Below, piece by piece: positions 26,219 to 37,273 of a DNA stretch of 64,000 nt. Positions within the stretch are counted from its first letter, which is position 1. Every line of letters begins with the position of its first letter. The stretch is taken from contig JAWMAR010000531.1 in the NCBI GenBank assembly GCA_036785375.1, positions 806,001-870,000 of the forward strand, written 5' to 3'. Both the position numbers and the translations under genes were made by a program. Below the pieces are notes generated by a model. The model worked only from the letters and a program-made list of their open reading frames with translations. It did not search any database and was not told the DNA's origin. Source of the stretch: Leucoraja ocellata. Lineage: Eukaryota.

Positions 26219-27187
26219 TTTTTTTTTTGAAAGATTACAGACATTTAACAGAATTTATATTCCACATCTTCCCTGTTGAAATATGTCTGGTTATGTGTCT
26301 GCGTTCGTAGTGATGTGATTTCGGTTTGAAACCATTGCTTATCTTCACTTCCTTCACCTTTGCAGGGAGCGAATAGGAGGAATCTTTCACTGCATAAAGA
26401 TATTCTTCTTTCACAGTTTTCCGATTCAGCCACGGTTTAACCAAAGCTTGAAAGGTAACCTCTCCGCTTACTCGATACTTCGTTCTTTGAAACCCCACAT
26501 ATATCACAGGTTTTTGCTCATTACTCTGTCATATGCTGAGATAATAGAGCATCTAGGCTTGTACACTCTGAAGGAATAGAGGATATCTCATTGAAACATA
26601 TACGATTGTTAAGGGTTTGGACACGCGAGAGGCAAAAAACATGTTCCCGATGTTGGAGGAGTCCAGAACCAGGGACCACAGTTTAAGAATAAGGAGTAAG
26701 CCATTTAGAACGGAGACGAGGAAATACTTTTTCTCACAGAGAGTGGTGAGTGTGGAATTCTCTGCCTCAGAGGGCGATGGAGGCAGGTTCTCTGGATGCT
26801 TTCAAGTGAGAGCTAGATAGGGCTCTTAAAAATAGCGGAGTCAGGGGATATGGGGAGAGGGTGGGAATGGGGTACTGATTGGGGATGATCAGCCATTGAT
26901 GCTGACATTGCTGACATTGTAATCTCTGGAAATGTTCACCCCACCCCCGGTTTAATGTCATCCCTCTATTTGTCTATACCTTAAATTGTCATATTAATAT
27001 CTTGTTCAGTGTCGAGCATTATCCCGTGCGGTCCTGGGAAGCTTTCTCTTCAAACTGTAATCTAATTATAAGCTGTTGCCTAAATGCAAGTCGGCAGTTA
27101 ATACTCTGAGATTGAAATAGCGGGAATTGTTCTGCAATTAAGGCAAAACTTAATTTAAGATGTAACACATCTGTTTTTGTCCTTAAG

Positions 27188-27334
27188 GTAAAAGCTTTCT
27201 TGGCTGACCCATCAGCTTTTGTTGCTCCTGTTGTTGAGGCTTCTCCAGTTGCTGTCAAGGAGGAAGTGAAAGAGGCGGTGAAGGAAGAGTCTGAGGCATC
27301 TGACGATGACATGGGCTTTGGTCTGTTTGACTGA
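27188..27334 (+). pseudogene. RPLP0: Orphan duplicate of the RPLP0 last exon
   Basis: [48 protein letters not shown]; acceptor and AATAAA intact; only ~290 nt of the upstream intron was co-duplicated. Confidence 0.85.
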
Positions 27335-27525
27335 AAAAAAAGCAGCTACCCATTGTAGCACGGCTAATCAATCAGCCTAACCAAAATAAACCATTTTATT
27401 TACGGAAACCTGTAGCTTGTGTGTTCATGTTTTAGTTTATTCATGTCTGTTTTTAACTTGTGGCTTTTATGCAATTTGAGTCTATTTTGTGTGAGATGGT
27501 TAGTAAGTAGCTGCTTAATCACAGT

Positions 27526-28305
27526 CGCCACATCTTCCAATCTCCCCCCATGTCTGCCTTCCGCAAAGACCGTTCCCACCGCAACTCCCTTGTCAATTCT
27601 TCCCTTCCCTCCCGCAGCACCCCTTCCCCGAGTACTTTCCGTTGCAACCGCAAGAAATGCAACACCTGTCCCTTCACCTCCCCCCTCGACTCCATTCAAG
27701 GACCCAAGCAATCGTTCCAGGTGCGACAAAGGTTCACCTGCATCTCCTCCAACCTCATCTACTGCATCCTCTGCTCTAGGTGTCAGCTGATTTACATCGG
27801 GGAGACTAAGCGTAGGTTGGGCGATTGTTTCGCCGAACACCTCCGCTCAGTCCGCAGTAACCAACCTGACCTCCCGGTGGCTCAGCACTTCAACTCCCCC
27901 TCCCATTCCCAATCCGACCTCTCTGTCCTGGGTCTCCTCCGTTGCCAGAGTGCGCAACAGCGGAAATTGGAGGAACAGCACCTCATATTCCGCCTGGGGA
28001 CCTTGCGTCCGGATGGCATTAACATTGAATTCTCCCAATTTTGCTAGCCCTTGCTGTCTCCTCCCCTTCCTTAAACCTCTAGCTGTCTCCTCCCACCCTC
28101 CTATCCGCCCGCCCTCGGGCTCCTCCTCCTCCCTTTTTCCTTCCTTCTCCCCCCCCTCCACCCCCCATCAGTCTGAAGAAGGGTTTCGGCCCGAAACGTC
28201 GCCTATTTCCTTCGCTCAATAGATGCTGCTGCACCCGCTGAGTTTCTCCAGCAATTTTGTGTACCTTCGATTTTCCAGCATCTGCAGTTCCTTCTTGAAC
28301 ACAAA
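27526..28305 (+). mobile_element. Penelope-like element fragment with GIY-YIG endonuclease, copy B-specific
   Basis: ORF 27550..28047: C..C..C, NLIYCILC..C..IYIGETKRRL...EH; 14-bp TSD tgcttaatcacagt at 27512-27525 and 28306-28319. Confidence 0.9.
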
Positions 28306-29142
28306 TGCTTAATCACAGTATCTGTCACATGCTGTAAATGTCGATCAGTGACGGGCAGCGGTGATCACTGCTGACAGTAAACTCAGGCTATTCACCCTGA
28401 GTGCTCAGAACAGGAGTTTCCCCAGCAGTAATGTGGATGTATAACCAGTTTGCATTTGAAAGCTGGCTTTACAATGTAGAATGCATTTAGTGTTCAATTT
28501 GGAAATAAATAATACTACAAAAATATTCAACAAGCCAGGCAGCATCTGTGGAGGGAAATTGATAGGCATGTTTCAGGTCCAGACCTTCGAGTCTGGGGAA
28601 CGGTCTTGACCTGATAAATCTTTCCATTTCCCTCCATAAATGCTGCCTGGCCTGCAAAATTTCTCCAGCACTGTTTTTTGCTCAAGATTCTAACATCTGC
28701 AAACTCTTGTGAGTAGGTAAATATTAACATGGAATTTGGCTAGGGTGTGATATAACTTCTAGATAAAGGTAAACAATGCCGAAAATATACTTCATATGAA
28801 TTATGTTCTAACAGAATTGAAGTGCATCAATGTAAAATAAATGGTAATGTGGGACACAGCCATAAATAGATGTTTATCGGAAATATTGACTGAGTTAATT
28901 CTTTATCCAGGGTAACGGAGGGAGGTTGTACTAACCAGGGTAATGAAAATTAAAATGCACTAGAGAACACGTTCAATGGCATCAGGCCTATTGTCTGATA
29001 TTAATAATATATTGACTAAACAGAGTGGTTCTGTGCCTAATTAAATGCTCTGTAGCTGTAAGTCACCACTCTTCCCGAGGCCCGACTGGAGAATGAGGTT
29101 ATAAAACCCGTTCAAGCTACAGCCAAGAAAGCAAGCCAACAT

Positions 29143-31337
29143 TTGAGGGTATGAGACGTCAATTGGCCAAGATTGACTGGCAATTAATTCTAAAAGGGTT
29201 GACGGTGGATATGCAATGGAAGACATTTAAAGACTGCATGGATGAACTACAAAAATTGTTCATCCCAGTTTGGCAAAAGAATAAATCAGGGAAGGTAGTA
29301 CATCCATGGATAACAAGGGAAATCAGGGATAGTATCAAAGCGAAGGATGATGCGTACAAATTAGCCAGAAAAAGCAGCATACCGGAGGACTGGGAGAAAT
29401 TCAAAGACCAGCAGAGGAGGACAAAGGGCTTAATTAGGAAAGGAAAAATAGATTATGAAAGAAAACTGGCAGGGAACATAAAAACTGACTGCAAAAGTTT
29501 TTATAGATATGTGAAAAGAAAGAGATTAGTTAAAACAAATATAGGTCCCTTGCAGTCAGAAACAGGTGAGTTGATCATGGGGAACAAGGATATGGTGGAC
29601 CAATTGAATAACTACTTTGGTTCCGTCTTCACTAAGGAAGACATAAATAATTTGCCGGAAATAGCAGGGGACCGCGGGTCAAAGGAGTTGGAGGAATTGA
29701 GTGAAATCCAGGTTAGCCGGGAAGTGGTGTTGGGCAAATTGAATGGATTAAAGGCCGATAAATCCCCAGGGCCAGATAGGCTGCATCCCAGAGTACTTAA
29801 GGAAGTAGCTCCAGAAATAGTGGATGCATTAGTAATAAGCTTTCAAAACTCTTTAGATTCTGGAGTAGTTCCTGAAGATTGGCGGGTAGCAAACGTAACC
29901 CCACTTTTTAAGAAGGGAGGGAGAGAGAAAATGGGGAATTACAGACCAGTTAGTCTAACATCGGTAGTGGGGAAACTGCTAGAGTCAGTTATTAAAGATG
30001 GGATAGCAGCACATTTGGAAAGTGGTGAAATCATTGGACAAAGTCAGCATGGATTTACGAAAGGTAAATCATGTCTGACGAATCTTATAGAATTTTTCGA
30101 GGATGTAACTAGTAGCGTGGATAGGGGAGAACCAGTGGATGTGGTGTATCTGGACTTCCAGAAGGCTTTCGACAAGGTCCCACATAAGAGATTAGTATAC
30201 AAACTTAAAGCACAAGGCATTGGGGGTTCAGTATTGATGTGGATAGAGAACTGGCTGGCAAACAGGAAGCAAAAAGTAGGAGTAAACGGGTCCTTTTCAC
30301 AATGGCAGGCAGTGACTAGTGGGGTACCGCAAGGCTCAGTACTGGGACCCCAGCTATTTACAATATATATTAATGATCTGGATGAGGGAATTGAAGGCAA
30401 TATCTCCAAATTTGCGGATGACACTAAGCTGGGGGGCAGTGTTAGCTGTGAGGAGGATGCTAGGAGACTGCAGGGTGACTTGGATAGGCTGGGTGAGTGG
30501 GCAAATGTTTGGCAGATGCAGTATAATGTGGATAAATGTGAGGTTATCCATTTTGGTGGCAAAAACGGGAAAGCAGACTATTATCTAAATGGTGGCCGAT
30601 TGGGAAAGGGGGAGATGCAGCGAGACCTGGGTGTCATGGTACACCAGTCATTGAAGGTAGGCATGCAGGTGCAGCAGGCAGTAAAGAAAGCGAATGGTAT
30701 GTTAGCTTTCATTGCAAAAGGATTTGAGTATAGGAGCAGGGAGGTTCTACTGCAGTTGTACAGGGTCTTGGTGAGACCACACCTGGAGTATTGCGTACAG
30801 TTTTGGTCTCCAAATCTGAGGAAGGACATTATTGCCATAGAGGGAGTGCAGAGACGGTTCACCAGACTGATTCCTGGGATGTCAGGACTGTCTTATGAAG
30901 AAAGACTGGATAGACTTGGTTTATACTCTCTAGAATTTAGAAGATTGAGAGGGGATCTGATAGAAACTTACAAAATTCTTAAGGGGTTGGACAGGCTAGA
31001 TGCAGGAAGATTGTTCCCGATGTTAGGGAAGTCCAGGACAAGGGGTCACAGCTTAAGGATAAGGGGGAAATCCTTTAAAACCGAGATGAGAAGAACTTTT
31101 TTCACACAGAGAGTGGTGAATCTCTGGAACTCTCTGCCACAGAGGTTAGTTGAGGCCAGTTCATTGGCTATATTTAAGAGGGAGTTAGATGTGGCCCTTA
31201 TGGCTTAAGGGATCAGGGGGTATGGAGAGAAGGCAGGTACAGGATACTGAGTTGGATAATCAGCCATGATCATATTGAATGGCGGTGCAGGCTCGAAGGG
31301 CCGAATGGCCTACTCCTGCACCTGTTTTCTATGTTTC
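29143..31337 (+). mobile_element. Young CR1 LINE, 5'-truncated, uninterrupted 685-aa RT ORF
   Basis: KSPGPD, YRPVSLTS, LDFQKAFDKV, GVPQGSVLGP, FADDTKL; no stops. Confidence 0.95.
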
Positions 31338-34277
31338 TATATCTCCAAATACTTTCCAGCTTCTACCAAGACCCAATCAATTTCCTTCTGTTAACTCACT
31401 GTTCTGCCTGGTGGAAGTTGTCCTCAACAACCACTTTGATTCCTCTCACTTTCTCCAAGTTAAAGGTGCAGCCATGCAAACTGGCATGGGCCCCAGCTAT
31501 ACCTGACTTTTTGTTGGTCATGTGGAACAGACGGAGGAATTGGGAGCAGGACAGTCTTTGCAAGAGGCAGGGTGGGAAGGACGTACCATGATAACCACCT
31601 CATCGAACTGTTGCTGCCTTGAGTAGACTAAGATGCCTTTGGACCCTACTGTCATTATGTATAAACATTATCATTGTACCCAAAATGCAGAACTCTGCAA
31701 TTTTCAGAATTAACATCTATCATTACACGGCCTACCTTACCATATCAATGTTCTGTAAATGAAGACTATTCATGCGATCAACAACAGTTTCATGATTTGT
31801 GTCAACTGTGCACTTACTGATTATATCCTACATTTACATTCAAATTAGTAATGTATATAATTAACATCAAGGGCCTGAGCACCAATTACTTCACACATAC
31901 TGGTCACAGGCTCCAATGCAAAAAGCAATCCTTGACCATTACCTTCCATAACCTATCAGCAACCTTATTTTGCATCCCATTTACCAATAAATTGAGTAAT
32001 GGGACTGCTGCAACTGATCAGAGTTCAAGCATTGGTACTCAAAGCACGTGCTGAACCAAATTTGTTAAATTCTCACCTTTGAAACATACACCAGTTCCTA
32101 ACAACGAGCCTAAAGTTATTCTGCTTCTATATTGCATGAATAATAATGAGATTTATTCCTTGCATTGATCTCAAATCTCTTTCAATCATTCCCCTACCGT
32201 TACCCCACGCGTGCTCGTTCGCCATTTTGCCCACTTCTATTTCCTATTTTTTTCCAGTCTTTAACTAAGTGTAGGAAGGTGGGAATCTGACCAGACAGTC
32301 AACAGAACTATCGAATTGGGAAATAATAAAATCAAGGGTGTAGAAAGGAACTGCAGATGCTGGTATATATTAAAGATGAGAGGGTCTCGACCTGAAACTC
32401 ACCAATCCTTTTTCTCCAGAGATGCTGCCTGACTTGCTGAATTACACCGGCACTTTGTGTATATCTTCATTAAAAAAGTCAATACTGAGAGAATTGGTAT
32501 CCGATGGTTTGAGAAAAGAGCTGGAAGTGGCAACTTTATAATTGCAGAATTAAATGGGATTGGAAGCATTTCTCTGGGTGATTACAAAAATGTACTATAG
32601 CGTGAGAAAAACATCTATCTATATATAAGTGATGGTTGATGACCATCAATTATGTTTGCAAAATTCACACATTTTAGCTATGGTGTAAACTAGTCCCGCA
32701 GGTTGTCAGGCAGTATTGTATTCTGTGGTGAGAATATTTGCAGTCAGAGGATGGTGTAAAACAGTTTAGCGATTATGACCTTTATCTGGTTTTGCTATTG
32801 CAAAGACCCCTTTGATGTACCACCTGCGCGAAATAAAACAAACCAGCTGCGTGAACTATTGCAAAATCTCACCAAACTTGTTAAATTCACACCTTTGAAA
32901 CATACACACCAGCTGCTTAACAATGAGCCAAAAGCTATTATGCTTCTATATTTAATTTTAATTTAATTTTATTTAATTATTTATTACGAACAGAATAAAA
33001 GAATAAAAAGCAAGTGTGAAACAGCATACAAAATAAAGAATATTTATAAAGTGTCATAAACAATATCTATAAATAAATGAAATCGTATGTGTCCGAAAAG
33101 GAGCAGGAAGAAGCCAAAGCTTGTTAATTCCCTTATTCAACTGCTTGTAATTATCTTATACAAATTTAGCAACTATATGTACACCAGCAGCTATGTACAC
33201 CAAATTATTTACATTTATACACTAATCAAGCATTTACAAAGCCATACAAAAAAGAAAAAGAAAAGAAAAAACCCTCATATACTATACAGTATCTTAGTCA
33301 TATATACAACCCATCGCCCTATAATCACCCTTCCCAATATAATCATTATAACAAATATCCCACTCACAATCACCTATCCTTATCCCAAGATCCTTTTAAA
33401 CAAGTGTTTTTGTACATCTTTTTAAACTAAATTATGCTTGTGCTAAATTTTATCTCCTGTTCCAGACCATTCCACAAATTCACACCACAGATTGCTATGC
33501 ATATACTTTTAAGAGTTGTTCTGACATTGCATGAATAATAATGAGATTTATTCCTTGCATTGATCTCACGTCTCTTTCAATCATCCCCTCCACCGTTCGG
33601 CATTTTACCCACTTAATAAATTCTATTTTCTATTTTTTTCAGTCTTTTTCTGATCAATAATAATTTACTTGCCAACCTGGACACATGCATTGGTTGAAAT
33701 GTCTGGCCCAACAGCCGCTCAGAGGATAGTCGGATCAGAGGGGTCGCTGGCTAATCGCTCTCGGTCGCTGCAGGTACAACTTGTTCCCTTTTGTGTCGCC
33801 GGTAGCTTCTATCTCAAATCCTCCGCCTTGACGTCAGCAGTTTTTATATTAATTTGTCTGATAAAATCACTGGGAATGATTTAACACAACCAATGAATAT
33901 ATAAACCTCAAATTTGCTCCAGGCAGTGTTGGAAGATGCAAAAGAAAGACTGGGGAGAATTGAGGGGTGGGAGGCTAGTCAAGTCAAGAGAGTTTATTGT
34001 CATGTGTCCCAGATAGGGCAATGAAATTCATGCTTGCTGCCCCACAACTGAATATTGTAGGCATAAATACAGATCAGATCAGTGTATCCATATAGCATAG
34101 AATACATATATACACACACATAAATAAACAGATAAAGTGCAATAGGCTGTTCAGAGTTTGTTTGAAGTTGTGTTTAATAGTCTGATAGCTGTGGGAAGAA
34201 GCTGTTCCTGAACCTGGATGTTGCAGATTTCAGGCTCCTGTACCTTCTACCTGTTGTGGCGGTAAGCGTAAGTGGGT

Positions 34278-34834
34278 ACCGTGAAGCACAGCGACCTAAA
34301 TTTTCAGGCAAAAAAAAAGATAGAAAGTAAGGTAATTACAAGAGGGAACTGAAGGTGGAAAAACAGCGGAAGTGCTTAGCAGACATTTGCCGTGGAGATT
34401 TTAAGATCCAAAATATCGGGAATTATCGCGTTTTCTCGCTGAATTTCATAAAAATTAAGGCATTATTAACTTACTTTTGATGAAATTCAGCGAGCAAACG
34501 TGTTAATTCCCGATATTTTGGATCTTAAAATCTCCACGGCAAATGTCAGCTGTTCACTTCCGCTGCTTTCTACCTTCAGTTCCCTCTTGTAATTACCTTA
34601 CTTTCTATTTTTTTTTTGCCTGAAAATTTAGGTCGCTGTCCTTCACGGTCACCCCGACTAGCACAGAAAATTTCAGCTCAAAAATCGGCCGTTTTCCATG
34701 TTTTTAACGGGTGGGAAAGTGCGTGTTTCCCCATTCACTTACATGTACCGATCTGACATATGTCCTCCAGTTAAAATTTTCGGTCACGTGAGGGGGGGAT
34801 CTACGCTCATTTGACCTTTGGTGAAATCACCCTA
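34278..34834. mobile_element. Partial DNA transposon with a ~370-bp internal inverted repeat, copy B-specific
   Basis: 34278-34649 folds on itself (accgtgaagcacagcgacctaaattttcaggc... / ...gcctgaaaatttaggtcgctgtccttcacggt); right end ...tcacccta. Confidence 0.7.
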
Positions 34835-37273
34835 TTCACACGATCCCAGATCAGGAGCGGAGCCAATTCCGCCGTGCATCAGGAAAACGATTGATTTATT
34901 CAGCGTCAGAGACAAGTGGCGCTAATAACCGTGCAGCGAGAAACCATTCGTAGGCGTTGCGCGGTAGACTGTGTGGGCAGCTGTGTGGCCTGTAACGGAG
35001 GATGATGCATCCAGACGCCGCTGTCTGCACGCCAACAACACAGAGGCTGAATATGCATCATCACTTAAATCATTCCTTGAATGTTCCTTTCTGCAGGCGT
35101 GCCAGCGTGAGAGTGTGGTGTTAATGTGAAAGTAATCGGAGGGCATCAGCGTCTGAAAAGCTAGGAGTGGTGTAGACGCGAATAATGTTCAAACTGGCGG
35201 TGAACCTGCAGCAGTTTCACGGCGAAGGAGGTGTCGCGGCTCGTTGGGCTTCATCTCTCTCAGTAGGTGCCGGCGCATTTCTGCCTCGGGTTGTTGGTCC
35301 TTAAGGCTAAAACTGTAACGTTGGTGGATGTGTGGGCCAGTCATCAGGAGAGGATGGCAATGGCACGCGTCCTTTCATTTTGCCTTTTAAGGCGGGGAGT
35401 AGACCAAAGATCCCATAGCGGAGGATCCTATCGCAATAGGATCTTTGGAATAGACTGCATTTCCAGACCAGTCTTCAGAAGGACTCGCTATGCTCCTGCT
35501 GCATTAACTCAGCGGGTCAAGCAGCATCAAGGAGATAAAGGATGGGTGATATTTCGGGTCTGGACCCCCCCCCCCCCCCTACTCTTCATCCCCTCGGCTG
35601 CTCTTCCAGTGAAAACTAACTTGCAACTCTCTCTTCCCCAGTTCTGGCGAAAGATCGCAAGCCCGGAAGATTTTTCTTTCTACAGACTACGACCCCCCCC
35701 CCCCCCCCCCGCATGAGATTATGTTTTTGTTTCAGATTTGCAGCATCTGCAGGTTTTGTTTTGTTTTTAATAAATTCTCTCTCAGTTGGGAGCGTAACTA
35801 TAGCGTCAGCTCAGAGCTTACTATCCGAAGGGCAAGGTGATGTTTAATTTACACTAATGTTGTTGCTCATTGATTCGGGCCAAGTTAACGTGAACTGAGA
35901 ACTGGTCATGCAAACCTGATCAGTGGTTTCCCGGACCAGTGTGAGCCACTTTACCGATTTAATTAAAAATAACAGAAAATACTGGACATGTTCAAGTCAA
36001 TCACAATATTTGCAATGAGACACAAAACAGGAACACTAAAGCTTTTGATCTTTTATCAGAACTGAAAGGCAGATTTAAAAGAATTACAGATCAAAATAAC
36101 GGCGACGGGAAACAGCGAAGGTTTGGCAGAGGATGTCCTGAATAACATGACGGCGCACACAGCAAGGTAACTTACAGCGAGGTTCAATTTCTAAACCCGC
36201 AGGTTCCAACTAATCCGCTACCCGCCTTCAGCTATTTCTAACTGCAGATTTCGGCATCCATACTATTTTGCTTCGGTGGTGAAAGTTTTGTCGGAGACAG
36301 TGACCAACAGTCACAGTGACTGCGATTTACAGTTACTGGATGCAGGTTGTCACAACGAGCCTAGATTTTTCCTTTAAGCTGCGGCTGAGAATAAACGACA
36401 GGTACTTGCTCTCCATCGCAACTCTGTGTTTGGGGGCTGGCTTTGCAAAATTTCAGAATTGAATATTGTACCTGGAAATATAGGAAATATAGATAGCAGA
36501 TTAATTGTCCTTATTTTACCGTATATGATATTTAGAGAGCAGAATGTTTACATTTATGATGTTAGTAATTACTCTACACATTGCAGTAAATCCACTTGAC
36601 TTTAACCTGTAATGTCGCGGTAAGCAGGTTTTCAAACAATGTTAACTTTATGTCAATGTTAGCTTTAAAATAGGTCTGGCCTTTTCTCATTAATTATAGA
36701 TTATATTTCACAACGCCATATTTCAGTTCATCGAGAAGATGGGGGCTCACTGAGTAAACCCATCCCACCGCTAATTTCTCAGTGGCATTTTCTTCCCACA
36801 TTCCAATCAACGTCTCTCCCTCCCAGATTCTACCACTCACCTGCAACTGGGGGTATCTATAGCGGCACTGGAATCTTTGGGATCTGGGTGGGAGCACCTG
36901 GGGGAATCCCTTTGCCTTCTTGGGGAGAATTGGGAAAAGTCCTCACATGCAGCGTGGACAGCAGTGTTGCTCAGGAGTTAGACACAAAAAGCTGGAGTAA
37001 CTCAGCGGGACAGACAGCATCTCTGGAGAGAAGGAATGGGTGACATTTCGCGTCGAGACCCTTCTGCAGTTGCACCGGAGTTGCTGGAGCCGCGAGGCAG
37101 CAACTCTCTTGGACCATTGGGGTTGGACTAGGGACTTCCCTTGGGACAATTATCTTTAATTGTTTGTTTTCCAGTACAGCCCGTGTTCGTTGGATGTCTG
37201 CCCGAATACATTGTCATGTAGTTTGAAATGCACTTTTTTTGTTTTGTTTTTACAGCATACCTGCTCTGTTGAA

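Larger units (their letters stand above)
2238..26899. repeat. Tandem segmental duplication, copy A (~24.7 kb)
   Basis: Collinear near-identity with 26900-53105 across unique DNA, exons and old repeats; starts at atgctgacattgtaatctctgg and ends inside a CR1 3' fragment at ...gatcagccattga. Confidence 0.93.
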
